In this document: positions 38,841 to 48,235 of the stretch, in pieces
How positions within the stretch are numbered: position 1 is the first letter of the stretch
Layout: every line of letters begins with the position of its first letter
Source of the DNA: Paracoccaceae bacterium
Lineage (GTDB): Bacteria; Pseudomonadota; Alphaproteobacteria; Rhodobacterales; Rhodobacteraceae
Reading direction: 5' to 3'
DNA: 64,000 nt
Assembly: GCA_006226775.1 (NCBI GenBank)
Contig: SBGD01000078.1
Coordinates: 31,967 to 95,966, forward strand
Notes under the pieces: model-generated
Seen by the model: only the letters and a program-made list of their open reading frames with translations
Told to the model about the DNA's origin: nothing
Databases searched by the model: none
Translations under genes and position numbers: made by a program

Positions 38841-40644
38841 ACCACCAGACATCCGGCTGCCAGTTGATCCAGTCGCCGTACATCGGGATATGTGCCGGAT
38901 ATTTCAGCTCTTTCACATGTGCAATGCGTGAAATGTTGAACTGGTAAATCGGGATCACGTAGCGCCCGGTGGTCAGCACCCGGTCGAGCGCGCGGGTGGC
39001 GGCGAGGAAATCCTCCTGGGTCTCGGAATTGACCAGCGCGTCGATCATCGCCTCGGCGGCGGGCGAATTCATCCCCATCAGGTTGCGGGTGCCGGGCTTG
39101 TCGATGCCCTCGGCGCTCCAGTAGAGGTATTGCTCGTTGCCGGGCGAGAGCGAGACGCCGACCCGGTAATAGGTCATGCCGAAGTTGTAGGTCTGGGTGC
39201 GCTCGTTGAACTGCGCCGAATCGACGGTGGTGACGGTGGGCGCGATGCCCAGCCGTTTGAGTGCCTGCACGTAGAGATCGATGATCGCGTCGTTCTCGGC
39301 CGAGCCCTGGTTGAGCAGGATCTCGAAGGTGAAGGGCTGGCCTTGGGCATTCTTCATCACCCCGTCCTGCACGGTCCAGCCGGCCTGTTCGAACAGATCC
39401 ATGGCCTTGGCGATGTTCTTGCGGTTGCGGGCCGAGCCGTCGGCCACGGGCAGGGAATAGCCCTCCAGCGCGCCGGGCAGAAGTTCGTCCTTGTAGGGTT
39501 CGAGCAAGTCGCGCACCCGGCCGGTGGCGGGGCCGTGATCCATGCCGAGGATCGAGTTGGAGAAATACGAGGTGATGCGCGGCTGTTCACCCCCCGTCAA
39601 GGTCTCGTTGATATACTCGAAGTTGAAGGCATGGATCAGCGCATCGCGCACGCGCCAGTCCTTGAACTGCTCCAGGCGGGTGTTCATCACGAAACCGGTG
39701 ATGCCCGAGGGACGCTGGTGCGGGATCACCGACTTGACCACGTCGCCGCGCTGCACGGCGGGAAAGTTGTACTGCGTGTCCCACTTGCTGGCGTTGAACT
39801 CGCGGTTGGAGGTGACCTCGCCGGCCTTGAAGGCCTCGAAGGCAACCGAACTGTCGCCGTAGAACTCCATGCGGATCTCGTCGAGCACATTGGTGCCGCG
39901 GCGAAAGCCCAGGTCGCGGCCCCAATAGTCGGGATTGCGCCTGAGCGAGACGAAGCGCCCGGCCTCGACCTTGTCCACCACGTAGGGTCCGGTGGCGATG
40001 GGGTTGTTATCAAGGCCGGACGCGGTGAAATCGCGGCCCTCGTATTGCGCCTTCTTCAGGATCGGGCGCATGCCGATCAGCAGCACCATCTCGCGGTCTT
40101 CGGTGTTGAGGGTGAAGCGAATCCTGCGCGGGCCGGTCTGCTCCATGGCCTCGACCTTGTTCCAGACGCCGTGATAGCGCGGGTGGCCGATGGTGCCGAG
40201 GGTCTCGTAGGACCACATCACGTCCTCGACGGTGACCGGGCTGCCATCGGAGAATTCCGCCCCGTCGCGCAGGGTGAATTCCGCCCATTCGCGATTCGGT
40301 CCGACCTCGATCGATTCGGCCAGAAGGCCGTAAAGCGAGAAGGGTTCATCGTAACTGCGGCCCATCAGGGACTCGTAGACCAGGAACCGCAACTGCCAGG
40401 GAACGGTGCCCTTGGCGATATGCGGATTGAGGCTGTCGAAGTTCCCGGTCTCGCCGGTGACGATGCGTCCGCCGGTGGGGGCTTCGGGGTTGGCGTAGGG
40501 CAGATGCGCAAAATCTGGGGGCAGAGCGGGCTCGCCATACATAGCTATGCCATGGCGCGGCTCGGCCCCGGCGAATCCCGCGCCGCAGATCAGGGCCGCA
40601 AAGGCGCCGGCCCTTGCGATGTGGCGGAAATAATCTGGACCCAT
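38827..40644 (-). CDS. ABC peptide-type extracellular solute-binding protein (YejA-like)
   Basis: HGIAMYGEP.LP.DF.HL.YANP.AP.GG, FDSLNP, YGLLAES, DWRVRDAL..AFNFE. Confidence 0.92.
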   Translation of the reverse strand: MGPDYFRHIARAGAFAALICGAGFAGAEPRHGIAMYGEPALPPDFAHLPYANPEAPTGGRIVTGETGNFDSLNPHIAKGTVPWQLRFLVYESLMGRSYDEPFSLYGLLAESIEVGPNREWAEFTLRDGAEFSDGSPVTVEDVMWSYETLGTIGHPRYHGVWNKVEAMEQTGPRRIRFTLNTEDREMVLLIGMRPILKKAQYEGRDFTASGLDNNPIATGPYVVDKVEAGRFVSLRRNPDYWGRDLGFRRGTNVLDEIRMEFYGDSSVAFEAFKAGEVTSNREFNASKWDTQYNFPAVQRGDVVKSVIPHQRPSGITGFVMNTRLEQFKDWRVRDALIHAFNFEYINETLTGGEQPRITSYFSNSILGMDHGPATGRVRDLLEPYKDELLPGALEGYSLPVADGSARNRKNIAKAMDLFEQAGWTVQDGVMKNAQGQPFTFEILLNQGSAENDAIIDLYVQALKRLGIAPTVTTVDSAQFNERTQTYNFGMTYYRVGVSLSPGNEQYLYWSAEGIDKPGTRNLMGMNSPAAEAMIDALVNSETQEDFLAATRALDRVLTTGRYVIPIYQFNISRIAHVKELKYPAHIPMYGDWINWQPDVWWYEED

Positions 40645-40724
40645 TTTGGCAACAATCTCCCCGATGCCTTGTATCGTTGGCTTTGGACCGTACCGGGGGT
40701 TTTCCGCCTTTTCAAACTTTTAGC

Positions 40725-40753
40725 TTGGATACCGGCGCGAGATTGCTTATAAA
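40725..40753 (+). promoter_or_regulatory. Sigma70-type promoter
   Basis: TTGGAT-17 nt-TATAAA. Confidence 0.6.
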
Positions 40754-40759
40754 GAGGTT

Positions 40760-40835
40760 ACTGCTCGATAGGTTTCTTGCCTGTATGAAACCTGCCTCAA
40801 TAACTTAACCCCGGCTTCGCGCCGGGGTTTTTTTT
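40760..40835 (+). ncRNA. Candidate small RNA (about 76 nt)
   Basis: Promoter upstream; internal hairpin AGGTTTC/GAAACCT; ends in a Rho-independent terminator; no ORF. Confidence 0.6.
40807..40835 (+). terminator. Rho-independent terminator
   Basis: AACCCCGGC-TTCGC-GCCGGGGTT followed by T-run. Confidence 0.85.
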
Positions 40836-41119
40836 GGGTCCTGTCGAATGGGACCGGGCCGGGCGGCCCTTTGCACATGGGTCCGGCGCAGAGACCGGTC
40901 TCTACGGCCTTCGGTTGGCTGGGGCCAGCACAAAGGTGGGGATCGCAGGGCCCTTGCGATTCGTGCCGTCACGAGAGCGACAAGCGGCCCGCCGAAAGCT
41001 CCGGCGCCGGGATCGCGCGGGCGTGACCCGGTTTTTTGCTGCAACCGCAAATTGCCCCTGTCGCTCGGCTCTCCAGCGGCTAGGATGCGGCCGACAGCAT
41101 CTCAGGCAAGGAGAGTGAC

Positions 41120-41893
41120 ATGAGCCTCAAAGGCAAGACGGCGATCATCACCGGATCGAACTCGGGTATCGGGCTGGGCATCGCGCAGGAACTGGCGCGC
41201 GCCGGGGCGGATGTGGTGATCAACTCCTTCACCGACCGCGACGAGGATCACAAGCTGGCCGAGGACCTCGGCAAGGAACACGGCGTGACGGCGCGCTACA
41301 TCAAGGCCGACATGTCCAAGGGCGACGAGTGCCGCGCGCTGATCGAACAGGCCGGCGCCTGCGACATCCTGGTCAACAACGCCGGCATCCAGCATGTCGC
41401 GCCGATCGACGAGTTCCCGGTCGAGAAATGGGACGCGATCATCGCCATCAACATGACCTCGGCCTTCCATACCATGGCCGCCGCGCTGCCGATGATGCGC
41501 AAGGCGGGCTGGGGACGGGTGGTCAATATCGCCTCGGCCCACGGGCTGACCGCCTCGCCCTACAAATCGGCCTATATCGCCGCCAAGCACGGGGTGGTGG
41601 GCATGACCAAGACCGTGGCGCTGGAGACCGCGGAAGAGCCGATCACCGCCAATGCGATCTGTCCGGGCTACGTGCTGACGCCGCTGGTCGAGGCGCAGAT
41701 CCCCGACACGATGAAGGAATACGACATGAGCCGCGAGGACGTGATCAAGAACGTCATGCTCCAGCGCCAGCCGTCGAAAGAATTCGCCACGGTCGAGCAG
41801 ATCGGGGGCACGACGGTTTTCCTGTGCTCCGACGCGGCGGCCCAGATCACCGGCACGACGATCAGCGTCGACGGCGGCTGGACGGCGCTTTGA
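41120..41893 (+). CDS. bdhA: D-3-hydroxybutyrate dehydrogenase
   Basis: TGSNSGIGLG, NNAGIQHVAPI, ASAHGLTASPYKSAYIAAKHG, ICPGYVLTPLVEAQI. Confidence 0.92.
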   Translation: MSLKGKTAIITGSNSGIGLGIAQELARAGADVVINSFTDRDEDHKLAEDLGKEHGVTARYIKADMSKGDECRALIEQAGACDILVNNAGIQHVAPIDEFPVEKWDAIIAINMTSAFHTMAAALPMMRKAGWGRVVNIASAHGLTASPYKSAYIAAKHGVVGMTKTVALETAEEPITANAICPGYVLTPLVEAQIPDTMKEYDMSREDVIKNVMLQRQPSKEFATVEQIGGTTVFLCSDAAAQITGTTISVDGGWTAL

Positions 41894-41973
41894 GGCGAGG
41901 AAAGCCCGCGAGGGCTTGAGGAGCCGCTCCTCGGGCCCTTGCGGGCCCTCCTCGCATCGGAAAGGTATGTGAC

Positions 41974-43011
41974 ATGCAAACGGTGCGGATCAATCTGGCG
42001 CTGCAGGGCGGCGGCGCCCATGGCGCTTTTACCTGGGGCGCGCTCGACCGGCTGCTGGCGGAAGACTGGATCGAGATCGCCGGGATTTCCGGCACCTCGG
42101 CCGGGGCGCTCAATGGCGCGGCGCTGAAATCGGGCTGGGTGGCCGATGGCCGCACCGGCGCGCGCGCGGCCCTGTCCGAGCTTTGGGGCAAGGTCAGCGG
42201 CTTGGGCGACCTGCGCATGCCGGCCTGGATGCAGGGCTTTGTGCCCACGCCCTATTACGCCGCGCGGGCGCTGGAGTTCTCGCCCGCGTTCTACATGGCC
42301 GACGCCATGAGCCGGGTGGTCTCGCCCTATGCCTATGGTCCGTTCTACCAGAACCCGCTGCAGCCCATCGTGCAGCATTTCGATTTCGGCCGGGTCTGCG
42401 CGGTCGGGCAGGGGCCGGACCTGCACATCTGCGCCACGCGGGTGCGCGACGGCAAGATCCAGGTCTTCACCGGCGATGCGATCACCACCGATGTCATCCT
42501 GGCCTCGGCCTGCCTGCCCACCATGTTCCAGGCGGTCGAGATCGCCCAGCCCGATGGCAGCACCGAGGCCTATTGGGACGGCGGCTATACCGGCAACCCG
42601 GCGCTCTTTCCGCTGTTCGACCCGGATCTGCCCGATGACATCGTGATCATCAACATCAACCCGCTGGAACGCACCGAGGTGCCCAGGACCCCGCAGGACA
42701 TCCAGAACCGGATCAACGAGATCAGCTTCAATTCCTCGCTCCTGCGCGAGTTGCGCGCCATCGAGTTCGTGCAGCGGCTGCTGCGCAAGGGCTGGGTCGA
42801 GGAAGGCCGGATGAAGGACACCCGCATCCACATGATCGCCGATGACGGGCTGATGAACGATCTCAGTGTCGCCACCAAGATGGTGCCGCTGCCCACGGTG
42901 ATCGGCCAGCTCTACGATGCGGGGGCCGCGGCGACCGAGGCCTTCCTGTCGTGCCATGGCGCGGATATCGGCAAGCGCCAGACCGTGACCCTGACCAGCA
43001 TGTTCGGGTGA
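41974..43011 (+). CDS. Patatin-like hydrolase (probable PHB depolymerase-type)
   Basis: LQGGGAHGAFTWG, GTSAG, DGG motifs; downstream of bdhA. Confidence 0.88.
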   Translation: MQTVRINLALQGGGAHGAFTWGALDRLLAEDWIEIAGISGTSAGALNGAALKSGWVADGRTGARAALSELWGKVSGLGDLRMPAWMQGFVPTPYYAARALEFSPAFYMADAMSRVVSPYAYGPFYQNPLQPIVQHFDFGRVCAVGQGPDLHICATRVRDGKIQVFTGDAITTDVILASACLPTMFQAVEIAQPDGSTEAYWDGGYTGNPALFPLFDPDLPDDIVIININPLERTEVPRTPQDIQNRINEISFNSSLLRELRAIEFVQRLLRKGWVEEGRMKDTRIHMIADDGLMNDLSVATKMVPLPTVIGQLYDAGAAATEAFLSCHGADIGKRQTVTLTSMFG

Positions 43012-43024
43012 GGCGGGCGGCGCT

Positions 43025-43756
43025 TCAGGTTTTCGGCGGCCGGGTCGGATCCTGGCCGTTGGGATAGACAAGGCCCGCCGAGATCACCAGTTTCGCCGCC
43101 TGTTCCACCGACATCTCCAGTTCGATCACGTCCTCTTCCGGCACGAAGAGCAGAAAGCCCGAGGTCGGGTTGGGCGTGGTCGGCAGGAAGACCGACATCA
43201 GCCGCCCGCTGGTCTCGGCGCGTTTCGAGATCTCGCCCCGCGCGGTGGTCGAGATGAAGCCGATCGCCCAGATCCCCTTGCGCGGATATTGCACCAGGCA
43301 GGCCTTCTCGAACGACCGGTCCTCCTGGTTGAACACGGTCTCGGCGATCTGCTTGACGCCGGAATAGATCGTGCGCACCACCGGCACCCGCTCGACCAGG
43401 CTTTCGGCAAAGCGCACCATGGACCGGCCGATGATGCCCTTGGCGACCCAGCCGACCGCCAGGGTGAACAGGAAAAAGACGATGACGCCGACGCCGCGCA
43501 CGTTGACGCGGATCCAGTCGGGGTCCAGCGGGCTTTCATTGCCCAGCAAGCGGTTGAGCAGCGGCTCGGGGTGGTAGGAATCCGGCACGAAGGGCAGCAC
43601 CACGCCGTCGACCCAGCCGATCACCGACCAGATCAGCCAGACCGTCAGACCCACCGGCGCGATCACCACCAGCCCGGTCAGGAAGGACGCGCGAAAGCTC
43701 GCGATCCAGCCCGGCCGCTGCCGATGGTGTGGCTCTTCGTCGAATGGCGTGGTCAT
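43025..43756 (-). CDS. DUF502 family membrane protein
   Basis: FLTGLVVIAPVGLT, VFLPTTPNPTSGFL motifs. Confidence 0.85.
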   Translation of the reverse strand: MTTPFDEEPHHRQRPGWIASFRASFLTGLVVIAPVGLTVWLIWSVIGWVDGVVLPFVPDSYHPEPLLNRLLGNESPLDPDWIRVNVRGVGVIVFFLFTLAVGWVAKGIIGRSMVRFAESLVERVPVVRTIYSGVKQIAETVFNQEDRSFEKACLVQYPRKGIWAIGFISTTARGEISKRAETSGRLMSVFLPTTPNPTSGFLLFVPEEDVIELEMSVEQAAKLVISAGLVYPNGQDPTRPPKT

Positions 43757-43842
43757 GCCGGTGTTGATCCCGTGATCGTGCCCGCCGGTTAACTAGGCAT
43801 TCCGGGCCGGAACCTCAATGCTTTGCGGCGGCGGCGCCGGTC

Positions 43843-44757
43843 TCAGCGGGTGAATTTGTTCAGGGCGCAGGCGATCTCGGCGCCCAGAAGGGCGTTGTTG
43901 CGCACCAGCGCGATATTGGCGGTGAGCGAGCGGCCCTCGGTCAGCTCGAAGATGCGCTGCAAGAGGTAGGGCGTGACATCCTTGCCAGCGATCCCGTGCG
44001 CCGCGGCATCGGCCAGCGCGCGGGCGATCACCGGCTCGATCTCGGCCCGGGCGATCTCGGCGGCCTCGGGGATCGGGTTGGCGACAAGCTGCCCGCCCGA
44101 AAGCCCCAGCGCGGCGCGCGCCAGGTGGGCGCGGGCGATGGTCTCGGCATCGTCCATCCGCAGCGGGGCCGCATGGGCCGACTGGCGCGACCAGAAGGCG
44201 GGAAAGGCGTCCTGGCCATAGGCGATGACCGGCACGCCGAAGGTTTCCAGCACCTCCAGCGTCTTGGACAGGTCAAGGATCGCCTTGGCACCGGCGGCGA
44301 CCACGGTGACATTGGTGCGGCTCAACTCCTGCAGGTCGGCGGAGATGTCGAAGCTCTGTTCGGCGCCGCGATGCACGCCGCCGATGCCGCCGGTGGCAAA
44401 GACGCCGATCCCGGCCTGGGCCGCGCCGATCATCGTCGCCGCCACCGTCGTCGCCCCGGTGCCGCCGGTGGCCAGGCAGACCGCCATGTCGGCGCGCGAC
44501 AGTTTCGCCGCGCCGCGGGTCTTGGACAGGCCTTCGAGCTGCGCCTCGTCCAGCCCGATGCAGAGCGTCCCCTCGATCACCGCGATGGTGGCCGGAACCG
44601 CGCCGCCTTCGCGGATCACCGCCTCGACGCCCTGCGCCATCTCGAGGTTCTGCGGCCAGGGCATGCCATGGGTGATGATGGTGCTTTCCAGCGCCACCAT
44701 CGGCGCCTTCTCGGCGCGGGCCTTTTCGATCTCGGGCGAATAACGGATATCAATCAT
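43843..44757 (-). CDS. psuG: Pseudouridine-5'-phosphate glycosidase
   Basis: VALESTIITHGMP.PQN, GATTVAATM, FATGGIGGVHRG, DISADL.EL, GKDVTPYLL. Confidence 0.93.
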   Translation of the reverse strand: MIDIRYSPEIEKARAEKAPMVALESTIITHGMPWPQNLEMAQGVEAVIREGGAVPATIAVIEGTLCIGLDEAQLEGLSKTRGAAKLSRADMAVCLATGGTGATTVAATMIGAAQAGIGVFATGGIGGVHRGAEQSFDISADLQELSRTNVTVVAAGAKAILDLSKTLEVLETFGVPVIAYGQDAFPAFWSRQSAHAAPLRMDDAETIARAHLARAALGLSGGQLVANPIPEAAEIARAEIEPVIARALADAAAHGIAGKDVTPYLLQRIFELTEGRSLTANIALVRNNALLGAEIACALNKFTR

Positions 44758-45637
44758 GGGGGGTCTCTCCTGAAACATAGCGCGCCGCGGCGGTCAGTGC
44801 CCGGTGCAGGGCGTTTGCACGGTCGGCGCCGCCGGCTTCCGCCGCCATATGTGCCGCCATGAAGGTATCGCCGGCGCCGGTGACCCGGGTGACCAGCACT
44901 TCGGGCGGCGATTCCGAAACCAGGCCCTGGGCATCGGCATCGGCGGTCAGCCCGCCGCCATCGGTGACCAGCGCGCGCCGCGCCCCGCGCGCCACCAGTG
45001 CCGCCGCGGCGGTCTCGGCATCGGCGAAATCGGTCTGGCAGAGGATCGCCGCCTCGGCGATATTGACATAGAGCAGCGCCCCGGGCCGGGTGACGAAGGG
45101 CATCAGCCGCTCGGCCTTGCCGGGCGAGGCCGGGGCGACGCGCAGATCGGCGGCGGCAAAGGCCGGATCGCGCGAGATCCGGCTCAACAGCGTCTGGGTC
45201 AGGTTGCCGTCCAGCGCGATCAGCCCGGCATAGGGCCGTGCGGCGCTGCCCAGCCGGCCGTCGATCAGCGGGCGCAGGATCTTGTCGTCCGCGGCCTCCA
45301 GCGAATGGGCATCGGCAATCGCCGCGATCATGCCGTTGGCGCCTTCGACCGCCATGTAACGGTCGGTCGGCAGATCCTCGGAGCGGTATATGTAGCGGCA
45401 GTCCAGCCCCATGTTCTCGCATTCCGCGACCAGCACATCGCCCAGCACGTCGCGGCCGACCGTGCTGAGCAGCGCGGGCTGCAAGCCGAAGCGGCGCAGG
45501 GTCATGGCGATATTGAGCGCCACCCCGCCGGGGATCTGGGTGATCCGGCCGGGCACATCGGATCCCTCGCGCATGACCGAGGCCGACCGCCCGATCACGT
45601 CCCAGAGTACCGAACCTATGCACAGGACATCCTTCAT
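44750..45637 (-). CDS. PfkB family carbohydrate kinase (pseudouridine kinase-like)
   Basis: From MKDVLCIGS: PGGVALNIA, DGNL, VTGAGDTF; coupled to psuG. Confidence 0.88.
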   Translation of the reverse strand: MKDVLCIGSVLWDVIGRSASVMREGSDVPGRITQIPGGVALNIAMTLRRFGLQPALLSTVGRDVLGDVLVAECENMGLDCRYIYRSEDLPTDRYMAVEGANGMIAAIADAHSLEAADDKILRPLIDGRLGSAARPYAGLIALDGNLTQTLLSRISRDPAFAAADLRVAPASPGKAERLMPFVTRPGALLYVNIAEAAILCQTDFADAETAAAALVARGARRALVTDGGGLTADADAQGLVSESPPEVLVTRVTGAGDTFMAAHMAAEAGGADRANALHRALTAAARYVSGETPHD

Positions 45638-45742
45638 AGGAAAGTGTTGTGGCGTGAAACTTTTTTCTCCGCAAGCCGTAGGTTTCGGTTGAAACGCGGC
45701 AGATGCGGCGCATTGTCTGACGCAACCGACGGGGAGAGACCG

Positions 45743-46846
45743 ATGAAACGACTGACCGCCTTGCTGGCCCTGCTCTGGGTAACCGGCGCTTCCGCCCATG
45801 AGGTGATGCCGACAATCGCCGATCTGAGTGTCGCCGAGGGTGCCGTGACGCTCGACCTGCGGATCAATGCCGAGGCCTTCGTGGCGGGCATCGACCTCGA
45901 CGGGCTGGAGGACACCAATGCCACCGAGGCCTCGGGCGATTACGACGCCCTGCGCGCCCTGCCGCCCGAGCAGATGCAGACCCGCTTTGCCCCGGTGGCC
46001 GCGCGCATCGCCGACCAGATCGGGCTGGACAGCGGCGGGCAGGCGCTGAGGCTCGAGGTCACCGGGATCGAGATCGGCCCGCTCGGCAATACCGCCTTCT
46101 CGCGCGAAAGCGCCCTTGGCCTGCGCGCCGATCTGGCCGGCAGCACGGCGCCGCTGGTGCTGTCCTGGCCCGAGGGCTACGGCACGCTGGTGCTGCGCCA
46201 GATCGGCCCGGAAGACGGCTATACCGGCATAATCGAAGGCGGCGGCACCAGCGATCCGATCCTGCCCGGCGGGGGTGACCCGAAAACCGGCTGGCAGGTC
46301 TTTGGCGATTACGTCCCGGTGGGCTTCGATCACATCCTGCCCAAGGGTCTCGATCATATCCTGTTCGTTTTGGGCCTGTTCTTTCTCAGCACCCGGCTGG
46401 CGCCGCTGCTGTGGCAGGTGACGGCCTTTACCGCGGCGCATACGGTGACGCTGGCGCTTGGCGCGCTGGGGGTGGTCACGGTGCCGGGCTCGATCGTCGA
46501 GCCGATCATTGCCGCCTCGATCGTCTATGTGGCGGTGGAAAACATCCTGTCGCCGAAGATGCACGCCTGGCGGCCGGTGGTGGTCTTCTGCTTCGGGCTG
46601 TTGCACGGGCTGGGCTTTGCCAGCGTGCTGGGCGAGTTCGGCCTGCCGGAGGACCAGTTCGTGCCGGCGCTGCTGGGTTTCAACGTCGGGGTCGAACTGG
46701 GCCAGCTGACGGTGATCGCCATCGCCTTTCTGGCCGTGGGGCTGTGGTTTCGCCGCAAGAGCTTCTACCGGCCCTATATCGCCGTGCCGGCCTCGGTGGT
46801 GATCGCGCTGGTGGGGGCCTACTGGTTCGTCGAACGGGTGATCTGA
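45743..46846 (+). CDS. HupE/UreJ family membrane protein with periplasmic N-domain
   Basis: From MKRLTALL...SAHE; GFDHILPKGLDHILF, FTAAHTVTL, FGLLHGLGFA, FNVGVELGQ. Confidence 0.88.
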   Translation: MKRLTALLALLWVTGASAHEVMPTIADLSVAEGAVTLDLRINAEAFVAGIDLDGLEDTNATEASGDYDALRALPPEQMQTRFAPVAARIADQIGLDSGGQALRLEVTGIEIGPLGNTAFSRESALGLRADLAGSTAPLVLSWPEGYGTLVLRQIGPEDGYTGIIEGGGTSDPILPGGGDPKTGWQVFGDYVPVGFDHILPKGLDHILFVLGLFFLSTRLAPLLWQVTAFTAAHTVTLALGALGVVTVPGSIVEPIIAASIVYVAVENILSPKMHAWRPVVVFCFGLLHGLGFASVLGEFGLPEDQFVPALLGFNVGVELGQLTVIAIAFLAVGLWFRRKSFYRPYIAVPASVVIALVGAYWFVERVI

Positions 46847-46881
46847 ACAGGGCGATCTGAACGGGGCGATCTGAACGGGGG
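46840..46881 (+). repeat. Three tandem copies of a 14-mer spanning the stop codon
   Basis: GATCTGAACAGGGC GATCTGAACGGGGC GATCTGAACGGGGG. Confidence 0.8.
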
Positions 46882-46900
46882 GCCGGGCTGAAGCCCGGCC
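46881..46900. terminator. Hairpin between convergent hupE-like and xth genes
   Basis: GGCCGGGC-TGAA-GCCCGGCC. Confidence 0.55.
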
Positions 46901-46912
46901 TACGGCTTTTGC

Positions 46913-47695
46913 TCAGACGTCGAGGTCGATCCAGACCGGCACATGGTCGGACGGCTTGTCGCGGCCGCGCACGGCGCTGTCGATCTGGCAATCGGTCAGC
47001 ATGTCCGCGCAACCCGGGGTCAGCAAGAAATGGTCGATCCGGATGCCGTTGTTGCGCTGCCAGGCCCCGGCCTGGTAATCCCAGAAGGTGTAATGCCCCG
47101 GTTCCGGGTGGCGCGCGCGAAAGGCCTCGGTGAAGCCGAGGTTGACGATTCGGCGGAATGCCGCGCGACTCTCGGGAAGAAATAGCGCATCGCCCTCCCA
47201 TTCGCTCGGCGTCGCTGCATCTTCTGATTGTGGAATTATATTGAAGTCTCCCGTTATAATTGCAGGAGCCTCTGCCGCCATTAGCGATTCGGCCCGGTGG
47301 AACAGCCGCTCCATCCAGGCCAGTTTATAGTCGTATTTCGGCCCCGGCACCGGATTGCCGTTGGGCAGATAGAGCCCGCAGATCCGCACCGCCTGATGCG
47401 TGCCCATCACGGTGGCCTCGATCCAGCGGGCCTGGTCGTCGCTGTCGTCGCCGGGCAAGCCGCGACTGACGTCCTCCAGCGGCAGGCGCGACAGCAGCGC
47501 CACGCCGTTGAACCCCTTTTGGCCATGGGTTTCAACATTGTAGCCCATGTCCTCGAAGTGGTCGCGCGGGAAAGCCTCGTCCACCGACTTGATTTCCTGG
47601 AGCACCGCGACATCCGGCTCGGCCTCCTTGAGCCAATCCGTCAGCGCGCCAATGCGCGCCTTGATACCGTTGATGTTGAATGTCGCGATCTTCAT
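46913..47695 (-). CDS. xth: Exodeoxyribonuclease III
   Basis: IATFNINGIKAR, LQEIK, GFNGVA, YLPNGNP, GDFN, RIDH.L, SDHVPV. Confidence 0.96.
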   Translation of the reverse strand: MKIATFNINGIKARIGALTDWLKEAEPDVAVLQEIKSVDEAFPRDHFEDMGYNVETHGQKGFNGVALLSRLPLEDVSRGLPGDDSDDQARWIEATVMGTHQAVRICGLYLPNGNPVPGPKYDYKLAWMERLFHRAESLMAAEAPAIITGDFNIIPQSEDAATPSEWEGDALFLPESRAAFRRIVNLGFTEAFRARHPEPGHYTFWDYQAGAWQRNNGIRIDHFLLTPGCADMLTDCQIDSAVRGRDKPSDHVPVWIDLDV

Positions 47696-47889
47696 GGGGC
47701 GCCCTCCGTCGCGACAGACCTAGCCTTTGGAATGGGCGGGCGACAAGCGAAATCAATTGCAGCCACGGCGCCGATTCGGGTGGATGATGGGGCACAACCC
47801 GCATTTTTCGGGGGGTTTTGGGCTATGCCCATTATTTGTGCCGATCCGGTTTTATATAAATTTCGCAGGTATATGTATACCATATCTTG

Positions 47890-47912
47890 TGTGGATAACT
47901 GAGTTATCCACA
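47890..47912. promoter_or_regulatory. Inverted pair of perfect DnaA-box 9-mers forming an 11-1-11 palindrome
   Basis: TGTGGATAACT-G-AGTTATCCACA in an AT-rich patch (42 of 120 nt G+C over 47821-47940 by hand count). Confidence 0.6.
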
Positions 47913-48005
47913 AGCTATAGTTGAAATAAGATTTGAAATGCCCGGTAAGGCAGAGAATTCTGGGTGGGCAATCAACGCCAACCAACACCAACCCAGGAGA
48001 TAACC

Positions 48006-48173
48006 ATGCTGGCACTTGTTCAAGAAACCCTTAACGAAACCGAAGAGCTGGTCATCGAGACCACCGAGATCTCGACCGGCGATCACATCGACACGATGAT
48101 GTGCGCTTCCATCGACGATGGCACCGACATGTTCGACGGTGACCAGGTCCAGGCGATGATGTGCGCCTCGTAA
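48006..48173 (+). CDS. 55-aa acidic peptide with duplicated MMCAS motif (candidate RiPP precursor)
   Basis: RBS AGGAGA upstream; MLALVQETLNETEELVIETTEISTGDHIDTMMCASIDDGTDMFDGDQVQAMMCAS; synonymous differences between the two repeats. Confidence 0.75.
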   Translation: MLALVQETLNETEELVIETTEISTGDHIDTMMCASIDDGTDMFDGDQVQAMMCAS

Positions 48174-48235
48174 GAGCCGCGCTCTTCTGACACGCCCGGG
48201 CCGGGCGCATTTGATACGCATCGGAGGACTGATCC

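Noticed and set aside
47821-47940. Chromosomal replication origin
   Set aside because: Only two DnaA boxes and none of the usual origin-flanking genes in the window; kept as a regulatory finding instead.
47964-48005. Longer 69-aa start for the MMCAS peptide
   Set aside because: The AGGAGA ribosome-binding site sits just before ATG 48006; the upstream start has no comparable RBS.
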